From Kondoa subrosea (Eukaryota): DNA of 64,000 nt. Position 1 is the first letter of the stretch. Each line of letters begins with the position of its first letter. The notes under the pieces are model-generated. The model ran no database searches. It was not told the DNA's origin and was given only the letters and a program-made list of their open reading frames with translations. The stretch lies in contig BCIN01000006.1 in NCBI GenBank assembly GCA_039545335.1, positions 930,001-994,000 on the forward strand. The letters run 5' to 3'. The translations under genes were made by a program, and so were the position numbers. Of this stretch, positions 27,179 to 40,117 are shown piece by piece.

Positions 27179-27870
27179 TCAAGTGTCGCTTGGAGGGAAG
27201 ATAGCATATAGATTCTTTGTGGCTTGGTTAATTTACTTGAGATACCCCTCTTTCATCCGCTTTTTACTCACGGTTTGGTCAACTACATATTCGAGGCTAT
27301 CCGATGTCAATGTTTTATTTCTATTCCACGTCTTCTTCTTTCTACTGCTCTGGTTCTTTATCAATTCGTTTTCAGGGCTCTCCTTTGTCAGCTCATGGAG
27401 TGCCTTATCCAACTTTTACTGGCTATCATTCGGCTTGCGTCGCTGATTCGTTATCTCCAGTCATCTTATCCCTCTTCTCGCTAAAGTCGCCAACTCCCAG
27501 TAAGAAATCATCCATCAGCGCTCTTCCTGGCTTTGAGACGGTGTCTTGGTTAGTCTGCTGTAGTATGTAAACTCTTATGTACAAGCTGATAAATGTCTTC
27601 AGACTATTGCAGCAGAGAAAAGACTTGGGCAGAAAGAATCGATCGTAAAGGAGGAATTAGTCGAGCTTAGTATAGGAGCTCGCCAGTATCTGATCGAGTT
27701 GCGTCCGCGGGGACTATCATTACAACCCATGCATTGTACAATTGAATCCACGCCTGCTCTTCAGTAGTAAATGCATTAGTCCTGAACAGTGCGGCCACCT
27801 CTTTAGCCTATCATCGTTTTGTGTTGAACAATTCCTCGCTGTTGCACTCGAACAGCCAAAACATCAAGAT

Positions 27871-29929
27871 ATGGCTTCTGCTCTAGCTGCGTGCGTACAT
27901 CAAGACCTCGTATCAGCTTTGGCACTGATGCAGCTCCCTTGAATGTCGCACAGTCTCTTGCCAGCACCGAAAAATGAAGTTTACTCTGTTGAATTGGAAG
28001 TCAAGCCAGTAGATAAATCGCAAGCTCTAGTAGCTCCAGCAGCCAGACCACCAAAGTATGGATCTAGGAAAGGTTGGAAACCTAGCAAACAAGAGGATTA
28101 TGGTGATGGAGGTCCGTTTTCCTTTCCTCGGCCCATAAGTTTGTATGGCTTATGGTGAGGTCATGAAATGGACAGGAAGTTACCCTGAATGTCATATTGC
28201 TCAATATCCACTCATGTTGGGCAAGAAAGCGGTCAGTCTTTACCTTGGGCTAGCTACATCCAAAGCTAACGCTTTTTCGGTGTACTGACAGGTCTCAAGC
28301 GGGAACACCCTAGCACTCCAAGTTGACAGCGAAGGCAAAGTTCGATACGATGCTATAGCTTTACAAGGTCATCGAGATGGACGAGTGATTCAATCTTCTT
28401 TCAAAGATCTCGTACCATTGGCGCATCGAACGGATGTGGAGAACTCCGAGATGGAAAGACCTTCAGATGATGTAGTCAATGATACAGCCGAACGAACTCG
28501 ATTAGCTTTGGAGAAATTAGTTTCTGGTAAAATCAAAGCTGCCCAACCAAAGAATGTAGCTTTGAAAGGAGGAAAAGAATCTTTTGTGAGATATACACCT
28601 GGTGGACCTGGATCAGATGGAACCAAGCAACGGATCATCAAGATGGTCGAAGTGGTTGAAGATCCCTTAGAACCACCTCGTTTCAAACACAAGAAAGTAC
28701 CTCGAGGACCTCCTACTCCACCACCACCTATACTTCGTTCACCACCTAGGAAAGCAACAGCTCAAGATCAGAAAGATTGGATGATTCCACCTTGCGTTTC
28801 CAATTGGAAGAATAACAAAGGTTATACTATTCCTTTGGACAAACGTTTGGCAGCAGATGGAAGAGGTTTGCAAGATGTATACATCAACGACAAGTTTGCT
28901 ACTTTCTCTGAATCCCTTTATATTGCCGATCGACACGCAAGAGAAGAGGTTAGACAAAGAGCAGCTATGCAACAACGGATTGCTGAAAAGGAGAAAGAAG
29001 CCAAAGAAGAATCACTTCGATTGTTGGCTTTACGTGCTAGAGAAGAAAGAACTGGTGGACCTAGTAGAATTGCTGGTAACGGTGCACCAAAAGCTTTGGC
29101 TACTGGTTATGGATCAGATTCGAATGCAGAAGATTCAGATGGAGATGCTCCACCTGCTTCCATGGCTAGACCCGCTGCTACTGATGCAGCTGATACGGAG
29201 AGTGAAGGTGAAGAAGAAGGAGATACGGAAGCTGCTAGAGAACGTGATCGCATGCGCGCTGAACGCAGAAAGGAGAGGGAACGTGAGATGAGAATGAGCA
29301 ATATGGGTACAGAACAGCGTGCTCGCGTCCTTGCAAGGCGAGTCATGTTCATGTTTAGTCTTTCTAAGGCTTACTGTATGACTTTCACTTGCAGAGCTCA
29401 AAACCGTGATATATCCGAAAAGATTGCTCTTGGTCTTGCTAAACCTACACTCTCCAAGGAATCAATGATGGACTCACGTCTCTTCAATCAAGAACAATAC
29501 TCTGGTTCAATGGGTGATGAAGATAGCTACCATCTCTACGACAAACCTCTCTTCACTGGTTCTTCCGCCGCTGCTGCTATTTATAAACCTATGACCAATT
29601 CAGCTGGAATGGATGATGATGCTGGAGCGGAAGAAAGCATTAAAGGAGCTATGAGGAACGATCGATTCGGATTAGGTGTAGCTGGAAGAGGTTTCGAGGG
29701 TGCTGCAGATCAGGAGGTGAGTCTTCTCTTTTTGTTTAGCCGATTTTCCTACAGCTAACAATTTTCGTAATAGCGCCGAGAAGGACCTGTTCAATTCGAG
29801 AAAGATTCAGCTGTGGCAGATCCGTTTGGTGTCTCTGCATTCTTGGAATCTGCAAAGACTGGTGCGAAGCGCGGATTGGATACCACTGGAGGTGGAGATG
29901 AAGCGGCAAGGAAGAGAGCTAGGGAGTAA
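27871..29929 (+). CDS. PRP45: Pre-mRNA splicing factor Prp45/SKIP (SNW domain)
   Basis: DYGDGG, YPECHIAQYP, DPLEPPRFKHKK, IPPCVSNWKNNKGYTIPLDKRLAADGRGL, RDISEKIALGLA, GPVQFEKD. Confidence 0.96.
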
Positions 29930-30093
29930 GTATTGGTAGAGAGTTGTATGAAGGGATTTCTTCTATTTAGTGCATTGAGTGTATGGTTCGCTGTTTGCTT
30001 ACCGTTGACTCGAGAGCGCGTATGCTTGTTCTATTCGTCTGTCAGGCAATATGTTGAAAGTCACCATGTCTTTCAGAATCAGCGAACCACAAT

Positions 30094-30342
30094 ATGTCGA
30101 GCAATAAGAACAAGACTTTGTCACTGCAGCAAATCATGCAAGATCTGGAAAGCTACAATGCGCCTCAATCAGAGCCAGAGCAAGCGAAAGATAGTGAAAT
30201 ACAAAAGAGCGTGGAATCGTCCAAGTCTTTCATTGCTATGCAGCGTCAATTGCTGGAGAATGCGAAGGATATGGATTCACTGGGTGCAAGAGTGGAGAAG
30301 GTGAAAGCAGAGAGCAATAATTTGCACCGTGGATTGACATGA
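30094..30342 (+). CDS. Small hypothetical coiled-coil protein (82 aa)
   Basis: Intronless ATG-initiated ORF with amphipathic heptad pattern (LSLQQIMQDL, SKSFIAMQRQLL, LGARVEKVK). Confidence 0.55.
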   Translation: MSSNKNKTLSLQQIMQDLESYNAPQSEPEQAKDSEIQKSVESSKSFIAMQRQLLENAKDMDSLGARVEKVKAESNNLHRGLT

Positions 30343-30584
30343 ACGTCTGGCTCAAGAGTCAAGGAAGTTGAAGTCAGCGACAGCTGTCTCTCTCTCGCCA
30401 TGCTCCTAGTTGCTCTTGCTCTGGATTACAAGGTCATTTATCTGCAACTCGGTGCACCGAGTCCCGCCCAAATTCCTCTTCTGAAAGGGCAATTTCTTGG
30501 CTTTCATTCCGCTGACCTAAAGGAACGCCTCGCCCTATGGACCTTCTCTCTTTCTTCTATTCTGCCTCTCGTATCATAATTATA

Positions 30585-31305
30585 ATGAACATGTCGACTG
30601 TGATTGCTCGACCTCGTCCAACTCAACCAGCAACTGCGATCACCACTCGAGCACGAATTACTACAAATGGTTTCACAAATAATCCTGCAGCTTATCAGAC
30701 GTTGACGAAGACCGAAAAGGGCGCAGAAGTGATCGCTACCACAGTCAGAAATGGTGCTACTCAGACTGTTTGTTTGCTTTACGTTAAACTCATCTGCTTC
30801 TTTATGACATATCGCTTCTACAGATCTATCGTCGTCCTAGATCTAGCACAGCTCAATCAATGAACCTCAGCAAAAGAGGTGGGATCAGTGAGCTCGCTCT
30901 GTTAGTCTCTGCACTGCCTGTTTTAAGCAGTCTTTTTGTGCAGTCGCTGGTATCATCATAGGCGTCCTCATTCTCGCTATCCCTATCTTCATCGTACTTA
31001 AGAAACATCCAAACCTCCGGGGCAAAGTCTTCTCCCTCTTTCGCAAGACCAAGCAGAAACCTTCTGATTCAGAGAGCAGCATTCCCGTCGTCGATACATC
31101 TACGGAAGAGAAGATTGCTCCTACTCAATCAGACACAGATGGTTATAATGTTGCTTATATCGGTACAAAAGAGGGAAAGATGGAAACGTCTGTTGATGGT
31201 ACTGCTGTAAACAAAGCGGAAGCGGCAGGGCCATATATCGGTGGATTCATCGTGCCATCGGACCAGATTAATCACGGTGAAGCGAAGAGGGAAGTGCTTT
31301 TGTAA
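30585..31305 (+). CDS. Single-pass membrane protein with Thr-rich N-terminus
   Basis: Three exons; TM AGIIIGVLILAIPIFIVL followed by KKHP; stop TAA 31303-31305. Confidence 0.6.
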
Positions 31306-31432
31306 AGCAAACGAAACGAGAAGGGTCGAGAAAGTCTTGCTACGAGTAGGACTCGGGGCATGTGAGCTAATTCAAGGCGAGGCAACGAGTCATGTAATCT
31401 TAATCTACAGTCCTAGTATATGTAAATACCCT

Positions 31433-33229
31433 TTACTTCTGTAACAACTCAATGATTTCCTTCTTACCCAATGTTCTCCTAATTGCATCAGCAAGTAATT
31501 GCGGTCTTTCCATCGCCAGAAAGTGTCCGCCGGAACTCAACACTTCATAACCTTGCAAATTGACTTCTTTCTCAACTTTCGCTCTAGGGGGCCAATGGAT
31601 TTCATGCTGCCCAAAAGAAACGAAAGTAGGTTGATTAATGAATTTCTCTGCTATGGAATAGATATCGCCATTATTGACGCGCTAGTCTTATTGATCAGTG
31701 GTAGTACATGTGGACAAATGTATGACTGACGTTATAGTACAGCCAAAAAGATGAAGTGATAGACTTCGAGACTGCAAGTAGATGATCAGCTCGTGCAAGT
31801 TCATCGTCAAAAGTAGGGCATACACCAATACAGAAGAACATTGGTAATCAGATCATCCATGCTAGGTTGACTGTCAGGAGCAGACCAGCGATAAAATTTC
31901 TCGGCCTGTCAATCCTGGTAGTCAGATGCATTTACATCAATTTGTTGCGCGAGTACTCACAATATAAGCCAATAGTGATACAGGTGACATTGAAAGAGCC
32001 GCCCCAAGGGTATATGGCGTAGTACCTTGCATGATCGCATACGCTGAGCCTGCAACAACATTTTGAGCTCATGGCGTGCCTTAAGAGATACTGAGGCCCA
32101 AACCTTTCTCACGGAACTCGTAGCCTCTTTCCACGCCGCGCAGTTCTTCCGCTGTCAGACCTTCTTTGGACGGAGGTGGACCAGTGTGCATAAACTGTCA
32201 AACGAATGCTTCCTAAGTACTGAAAGTACAGCAGGTACCAAGCAGACTGACGAAATTTAGATGGATAGCAGCGCAAGATTCCGGGTGGAAGTGCGCAACA
32301 GCTCGACATATGATGGATCCCCACTACAGAAGTCATGAAGAATATGTCAATGAGCGAAGATGAAAGTACCGAGGCTCTCGGACATACATCTCCACCTTGA
32401 GCTACATATTTCTTATAACCAAGTTCTTGCATAACATCGTGAAAATATTGTGCAACCATTTCAAGGCGCAATGGCCTGCTCTTCGGTCCAGAACTGAAGA
32501 GGAAACCAGGAATAGAGACTGCGACCTACAAAAGGGGAAGTTTTGCCTTCAACATATCAAGAAGAGGAGCATACCAACTTACGACGTGAAAAGTTTGTCC
32601 TTCTTTCGGTTCAACTAGCTGGGGTATAATGCCTTCAAACTCCCACACAGAGCCTGCTCCCTTTACCTCAAGTCGCGTTCTGTAAAATCAAGGGAAGGTC
32701 GGCTCACCTGGCCAGCCATGACAAAGCAATAAAGCTGAAAGGAACAGTCAGAAGAGAGATACGTGGCCGCATGAATATGACCCACGAACAGCAGAAGGAT
32801 CTTGTGACCGCTTGTGCAGATAATGCACGTCGATCTGCTGACCATTCGCATCAACGGAGAGAACAGCTTGTTCTCCCATCGCATTGAAGCGTTTTTCTTG
32901 CTTTCTCCAGTCATAGTCAGTCGTCAAGTGATGCACTAGGGCTTTGAGCTTCTCTGGTCTGGCCAATCACTTATTACGTAATACTTTGCAACGCAGAGCG
33001 GACGACAGCGGACCTCAGGCCATAGATAGATTCGTCCTCAGGTGAGGCCTGTCTCACAAAAAGAGTCAGCCAGTAGTCAAAGAAGGGGCCAAGCAAGTTT
33101 AGAACCAACAGAAGTCAGAGTGTTCTGTGCGAAAGAGTCTAGCTCGGGCTTGACATCTCTACATAGCCTTTTGACTCGTTCGACTTGCTCATCTGGAATA
33201 TTGAGGGTGAAGGGTTTTGACTTGGACAT
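31433..33229 (-). CDS. Epoxide hydrolase (microsomal type, EHN plus alpha/beta hydrolase)
   Basis: KPFTLNIPD, YDWRKQE, HGWPGS, SIPGF, QGGDWGS nucleophile, AIHLNF, EKFYRWS and GGHFLAMERP catalytic His. Confidence 0.92.
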
Positions 33230-33353
33230 CGCGGATGTAGAAAGGTATGTCACGAGAATCCGGGGAAAAGCCTGAGAACGACAATGCTATGCAATTGAAC
33301 TACACTAGTCAGTCACACTGTACACTATCTGACAACTGTCCTTATGCTACAGC

Positions 33354-34541
33354 TTATTCGCCCTTACTCTCAGGTTTTGACTTCAAATACCAATTGTCCA
33401 AGTCTATAAACTTTTGATCTCCAGCCTGACCATTAGCAGCACTATCGTCGAGAGTAAAATCAGTATATAGAAACCACGGTCTCGTGCAAAGAACTCACAT
33501 TGTAGCGTAAACCTCGAATCCATTCTGTGTGACCAGATCCAATATATCGAGATACAGCAATCTCGCTGCTTCCCTTTCTTTGCCACCTGCCCAGAAGATC
33601 GTTCTCTTCAGCTGGAATTCACTATCAGACAACGAATGAGCAATCACAAATGGCACTACATCCAAACGGGATAGATCACATACTAGGTATTTGACATTGG
33701 TAGGCTTTCACGTTTTACAGTCTCTTGTAGTAATGTACGAAAAAGAGGGAATAGATGAGGAGGCGCTTCGATTAGGGTGATGGTTGCCGTTCGACTGTAC
33801 AAGAGAACAATTAGGCGTTTCATTGAGAGACATTGGGTTGATAGAGACATACAAGCTTATGCAAAACCAGTCGCATTCTATTGCAGGAATAGGAGTATAG
33901 GTGAAGAATAAAGTATTATTCACTACAATAGGTTCTTCAGTATATAGGTCAAATGATGATCAAGCCATACACTTACAATCTGTCCGCGTCGTTTTCCGAC
34001 ACGACTCCATCCGGTATCCGTTCATATAGAGTGCTTTGAGTAAAGCGAGCTTTGACATAAGGTTACAGTAGAGCGCAAAGACAGAGGTGAACAGACTTAC
34101 CATCAACTTATGCATCGGAACATGATTTGAAGGCGTATCTTGCCAAGGACTTTCAAACACCTTGTATCAGTCTGAGGACAATAACACTGTTGGAAGATAG
34201 ACAAAAGAAGCTCACTAGCCTTTCATCTTGAATTCGTAACCTTCAAGCCACGATTGTTCAGCTTGTATACCTTTTGGCTGCGTTAGGATCATCAGCATCG
34301 ATTGCGCACACGCGTAGCAACTAGCATTACCCAATTAGCCTCGATAGTCTGCCGCAGTATATTGAGAATCTCGACAGGCATCCTCAAGATGAAAAGCTTG
34401 TCGTAGAATGTCCACATGCATCTAATACATACAGTATGAGAACACTGTCTTCAGCAGCTTCTAAAGACCGACGAACGAGCTTCGAGGCGGATCCAATCCA
34501 TCCAATGACAAATTGGCTTCTTCGCCTTCTAGTCCTCGCAT
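33354..34541 (-). CDS. Conserved-looking hypothetical protein with two internal repeats
   Basis: Spliced IEANW|PKGIQAE...YEFKMKGYPW...LLKALYMNGY and second repeat ITLIEAP...YEFQLKRTIFW...ARLLYLDILDLVTQNGFEVYAT...DNWYL; start codon uncertain. Confidence 0.65.
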
Positions 34542-34744
34542 GACACCTGGAGTTGTCGGACTACTAATCCAGCTCGACTAGGAAAAGGGACCGCCGATAC
34601 CAACTGTGAGAAGCTCCGACCAAATATTATAGAAAGTGAGATGCCAAGTCTGGCTTTGGAATGGTCCGTCGACAGTGCAACGCAGCGTTAGGACAAGTCA
34701 AGAGGTTAAAAGGCAAGAGGAAATGATGTGCTAAAGCTGCATCG

Positions 34745-34787
34745 TGACGGTGACGTGGATTGACGCAACATTGACGTGCAATGCGTC
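34745..34787. promoter_or_regulatory. Cluster of four TGACG (CRE/ATF-like) half-sites
   Basis: TGACG at 34745, 34751, 34761 and 34772, about 200 bp upstream of the minus-strand gene starting near 34541. Confidence 0.4.
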
Positions 34788-34847
34788 GTGAAACAAGAGT
34801 AAGTCCAAAAGCTACCCTTTCTACTCTGAGCCACTGACATTGCTCCT

Positions 34848-35603
34848 CTAGCTAAAAATATACAGCGTACTTATCATTACAGCTAATCCTAAGCCTGAAA
34901 TACATTCGTTCCAACCAGCGGAAGACGTGTCATTCGAACCCATAACAGCAAAAGAAGCTACTCAAAGTCAGGGCATTCTACTGAGGAGTAGAAAGCTACG
35001 CACAAGTTGCTTTAGGTCTTCTTGCGCTTGTAGTAGACATATCTGTAGGTTCAGCACTTGCATCTCCAGATCCAGCAGAAATAGATTCATTGATACTTGC
35101 GGCCAGGCTATCGAAGTCCAGAGCAACACCGTGATCCTTGCATACGCTTTCAATATTATTCAAAGCGTTCTCTTGATCCTTCTCAGCACAAGTCTATAAT
35201 TGTACATACCAGAATAAATCTTCTTCTGATAGAGGGCAGAAGAACATACAGTCTCTTTGGTGCAGTTGTATACCTGAGCAGCGAGTTCTTGATCGGCGCA
35301 AAGGCAGGCTATAGCATCATTGTCGCCAGCACAATCGACGACGGCCTGTTATGATTTATCAGAATTGTGAAGCAAATGAAAGTCTTCTTCACGTACATTC
35401 AATGGCAGAGGCATCACATCTGTACATCCTCGAACGCAATCAGGTAATTCTGGGAACTGCCACCGACCTAATTGAGCATATCCGAGCTTTTCGAGGGGAA
35501 GAAAGGAAATACTGACGGCCTTGTAGATCAAATCGCTGATGAGATTGGCAAGAGAGGGAGCAGCAATCAATAGCAAGGCGGACAATCGAATGAAGTGTTT
35601 CAT
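34848..35603 (-). CDS. GPI-anchored CFEM-domain protein
   Basis: Signal peptide MKHFIRLSALLLIAAPSLA; 8 Cys in CFEM spacing (LPDCVRGC...DCAGDNDAIACLC...YNCTKETTC...SVC); Ser/Thr stalk; hydrophobic C-terminus (SSAG...LGLAVMISTLYIFS). Confidence 0.82.
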
Positions 35604-36115
35604 ACGGTCGCTTACGCTGAGCAACATGAATAGCAAATCATGATACTCGAGGGCCTGAGGATGTCAAAGTTCGATAGGTAATTTTAATAAAGGGAGAACA
35701 GCTTCTTTACAGACATTCTTGTACGTATCGAGAAAGGTATCAAATCAGACGAGATGGTCATGTGAGTGAAGAAGGTCTTCTTTTGGTTGTCTGACAGAAC
35801 CGTTGGCCTGGGCAAAGCAGATCTTAACTTGTGTTCAGCCAATCTCATGTGCAGCCAGAGCCGAAGGAAAGGAACCTAGTGTTCTGCACTTGAAAGAAAG
35901 AATCATCATGCATCGAGAGCAACAGAGGGATGGCATTATCGCGCTGCTCGAGTGGTCTGTTACTGAAGCAGATGCAGGAGTGACGCTGCATGCGTAAGAC
36001 AGCAGCAGTTTTTGACGAGTGGCTGCACAAGATCAACATGCCTATAAATCTCCTCTTTGTCCAGCAACGAATGCGAATCACTGCCTTTCGCTCTCTTCAA
36101 CGTACATATATAAGA

Positions 36116-36573
36116 ATGGGATCAATCAATGCAACTGGTGAACCTGGTTTGATCAGCGGACATGGTCAGTCCAGCATTCGCGCGTTTCATGAAGTCATCG
36201 ATCTGATCTTGTTCCAATGTTGTTAGCTAAACTTGCTCAAGGGATCGCAGACAAGCAGATTGGGAGTCTGATTGGGAGTGAAGAATGGACCAAAGCTGGA
36301 GAAGGTATGCCAGACAAAGCAAGCTCAAAGTAGATGAAAGCGACCGATCCTGGATTGCATAGACGCTGTCAAGGCTGGCACGGACGAGTTGAAAGCTTAT
36401 CAGGATAAGAACCCACCTTCTGCTCAAGGCGGAACTACTTTAGGAAAGGTTGAAGCCGCTGTGTGAGTCGCGTGCATTCAGCTTAAATCATCGAATCAGA
36501 CTGATGAGTCGTTAGCGGATCGGCAACTGGATGCACTGGATTAGAAGAGGCCGGCGAGAAGAAGCAGGTCTAA
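36116..36573 (+). CDS. Small hydrophilic CsbD/LEA-like stress protein (about 94 aa, 4 exons)
   Basis: Spliced MGSINATGEPGLISGHAKLAQGIADKQIGSLIGSEEWTKAGEDAVKAGTDELKAY...GKVEAAVGSATGCTGLEEAGEKKQV; three phase-consistent GT-AG introns; not recovered intact by the ORF track. Confidence 0.72.
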
Positions 36574-36991
36574 ATGCCTTTGTAACCCAATATTGCATTG
36601 CATTGCAGATGTCAAATAGTCAAAATCGCTTTGTTGCTCACACGCCTTTTACATCTGCCTCTACGTTGTCCAACTTTTACATCGTTAGTGCCAACGACGA
36701 GCAGTACTGGGCAAGAAATCAAACGGAGCTATTGACTCATGCTGGGAGAAAGGGACTTACACTCGGTGCGGCCTGATTTCGAAGATTAAGCGACTTTGAC
36801 AATATCTTTGTGGCATCGTTGTGAGCTTTCAGGAGATCTACAGATACATCACTCCACCTGTCGCAGGATGATATAGATATATGAGCGATGAACCAGATTG
36901 CATCAGCGAAAGTCCTGTTCACACATGTCTTGAGCAACATGACTCTGCATAAGTGAACAAGATAGAGACACAACACTCACGGTCGATCGAC

Positions 36992-37690
36992 TCAGCTCTC
37001 AGCGTTGACCACATCACTGACTGCTTCGATGAAGAGCAACTTCTTGATCGCTGCTTCTTCAGGGCTTGATTTACCAACGAACAGCTTGAATAATCCAGCC
37101 AGCGTCGCTTTAAGTGCTAGAACATCTTCATGAACAGGTTCTTCTTCTTGTTTCTCCCACCGATTCACTTGATCCTCTTCTGTTTCTTGTTGGACAGATA
37201 TTCCATCTCCCCAATAATCATCACCTCTTCTTTCTGCATCCCTCAATCTTCCTTCCAAAGCTTCATGAGCCATTTCATAACTTTCGAACCATCCTTCATT
37301 CTCTTGATTCAGGTCAAAGTATTTCCAACCCTCTTCTTCCCAAATCAGAATCAACCGCATACTCTCATTACTTCGTTCTTCGCTTGAAATAAGACAAGAG
37401 CGATAAATATTAATTCCTTCTTCATCAGGTTCTAATTTCCATTCCGACTTTTCAGGATCGAGAACTGGTGATAGAGTAGAAAAACTTTCAATAAGTTCTG
37501 ATAGAGAGTTAGTAGGTCTTGATTGGAGATAGGCTGCATCTCTTGAAGGTGAAAGTGAAAGAAAACGATGTCTCAATTGAACAGGTGCGGAAATCAGATG
37601 AGATTCTAGAGGATCAGAAGAAGATTGAGTTAGATGGATTAACAGGTCGAGGAAAGTCTGAGAAGGTGACGGCAGCGAATTGCTTGTCAT
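36992..37690 (-). CDS. Hypothetical acidic protein (232 aa, intronless)
   Basis: Long ATG-initiated ORF with RHRFLSLSP, LILIWEEEGWKYFD and DDYW motifs. Confidence 0.65.
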   Translation of the reverse strand: MTSNSLPSPSQTFLDLLIHLTQSSSDPLESHLISAPVQLRHRFLSLSPSRDAAYLQSRPTNSLSELIESFSTLSPVLDPEKSEWKLEPDEEGINIYRSCLISSEERSNESMRLILIWEEEGWKYFDLNQENEGWFESYEMAHEALEGRLRDAERRGDDYWGDGISVQQETEEDQVNRWEKQEEEPVHEDVLALKATLAGLFKLFVGKSSPEEAAIKKLLFIEAVSDVVNAES

Positions 37691-38332
37691 TGCCTGGAGC
37701 AGCTAGATTTCCGAGAAATCTTGCCCAAAAGCGGTGAACAAGTCGATGTGCGATAAGCTCAGTACCGAGTGAATGGCAGCGGCAAGCTGAGTCCCGAGCG
37801 CCAGAATGGTATACAGCAAACGGGTGGCACTCCACAAGCTCAAGCAAGTATTTGAAAGATCAAGATATGACTGTCTTTTGCAAGCCGAACCACTCTTACC
37901 TTCGAGGATAGGCAGAGAAGCTGTGCAACTGTCTATTGAGCTTCCGTGATGCGACCCATATGCTCTTCTTCCTTATTAAAGTGATTATCTCACCTTCATT
38001 TTCCCAATTTCTGCTATGTCATGTGGCTCCGCTTTCCAAACCCTAAGTTTCCGCTGGATCCACGTCATGCATGCTGCCAAGGATTATTCAGACTCACATT
38101 CCAGGAAGGTCGGGTCGAGCCATTTCCTTCACATTGCCCATATCCGTCAAATTTCTGGCGGGTACCTATCTCTCCGCCTTTGATATTCTTAGCGATGCTC
38201 CGCTTCAAGTAGGTTGCAATGAGGTAAGGATCGTCAACCGCCCTGTGACATCCGCCAGGGATCTGCTTTTTCCGTGTGATCTCTTTTTCTCTCTTCCTCA
38301 TCTGCTCACTCCCTCACTCGTTCAACCCAGCT

Positions 38333-40117
38333 ATGAAGTTATCTGCTCCTGTCTTGTTCACTGTCCTTCTTTCTGGATTTTCTTCGGTCCTTGCTAGTGA
38401 TCTTGGCGAGCGTGCAGGTGAGTATTATTCTACTAAAGGTGGAAATACACTGACGTTTTTGTGAGAAGTCTCTTGCGACGACATCCAGAACACCATCAGC
38501 AACGCCAATGGTGCTGCTCAAGCTACTGTGAGATTTCCTATATCTTCTTTCCGTTCAAGCTGAAGTCTCATACAGGCATTCTGTCAAATCTACCTTGGAT
38601 TATCTCCTCGTACAGTCACATCTACCTCTACTACCGTAAGGGGAACGTGAGTCTTCCAAGTCGCGTTACTATTCGTCATGCTCAATGGTTTTTCATCTGA
38701 TCTACAGGAAGACCATTAGTATCGGCGCATTGACAACTACCACTTTCATGGTCACCCCAGCTACTCAAACCTCCGTACAAACTATGCGCACAACTGTTGT
38801 TTCTTCCGTAACTCCGGGCACCAAAACTATCACATCTACCATTACTAGCACTGCTTATCTCGGTAGATCGAGCCATACTGATGGTACCGCCTTTTCTCAT
38901 TTTGAATTCAACAGACAACGAAGGCAGCACCATCGCTGTTCAGAAGCGAGCTGAACCAACACCGGATCTTGAAGCTCGCTACACGCGACCTCCTTCCTTC
39001 TTCAGGAATCTGAATGGCAACGATTTGAAAGCTGCTTGCCAATGTCTCAACTTGGCTCGTCCTACTTACACTCGAATGGCTTACCAAGGCGTTTGGGCTA
39101 CCGCTACTAAAGCTTTGCAACGCAAAGTGATTAGAACTGTTACTTTACCCGTACCAATGGTTACTGCTACCCAATGGAATGGTAAACTTCATTTCCACAA
39201 CCACTTAAGATTTTTCAGCTGACATGCGTGGGTTTTCGGCAAATAGTCCTAACTAAACTCATCACGATGCCTGCACCTGCTCAAGTCACCTCTGTTGTGG
39301 TCTTTGATAACGAGAATGGCTGTCCACCTAACAGGCCCATCTCTTTCTTATGCCCAGAAGGAAGTGAGTTCTAGCGCTGTTTCCTGTCAAGTGCCAATAA
39401 CTCATGCTTCTCGGTTTTAGCTGGCGATGATGATGGAAGCGACCCGAACTATGAAACATGCAGTGTCGAGGCACAAGACGGCTTCTCAGGCAATGTGAGC
39501 AATGTGCATTTCCCTCTCTTCGTATTCTTACTAATAGCTACCTCACAGTGTGTTTACTGGGTATGTCAAAGGCTCTGTGGATGGGACTTTGATCGCTGAT
39601 ACTGCTATTCGACTGCTTAGGCTGATGATGTAAGTCTGCAGCCATTATTTGTATCTGCCTTGCTGAGAAAATATCTGCAGGGAAGTCCTGTTGAGTCTAC
39701 TCTCACTATGGGCGATGGCAGTGGCAACCCAGATAACGATCGTAAGCTGCTTCACATCAGTCTATGCTTTTATCTAACGAGTCTATGCTGCAGAAACTCG
39801 TGATGCGACTTATGGCAATGACGACACTGATGATTGTAAGACCCTTTCTTCACTTGTCCGAATATTTAGCTGACAAAGTAATGTAGGCCCATCTAGCGCA
39901 GACTGGACTTGTGGTGCACCTACATCTAGCTCTTCTCGCAAGCGTACTAGCATTGAAGAACGGGCTGCCAGACGTTACAAGAAGAAAGTTACCAAGAAAC
40001 ATGGTCATCTCAAGAAACTGCCTTTCCCTAAACCTCGCAGAGGGTGAGTAGAGCTTTCCCTGAGCAATATCTGTGCGCTGATTCTTTTCCGGCAGTGGTG
40101 CTTATCGTCCTTCTTGA
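38333..40117 (+). CDS. Secreted Thr-rich/Cys-module protein with cationic C-terminal tail, paralog A
   Basis: Signal peptide MKLSAPVLFTVLLSGFSSVLA; AFCQIYLG; Thr-rich stalk; VQKR; AACQCL; Asp-rich Cys module; 12-nt (39549-39560) and 9-nt (39621-39629) exons; tail KKVTKKHGHLKKLPFPKPRRGGAYRPS. Confidence 0.8.

Noticed and set aside
39960..40117. Resemblance of the cationic tail to histone tails (KKVTK, YRP)
   Set aside because: Short, low-complexity similarity is expected by chance in basic peptides; not claimed as mimicry
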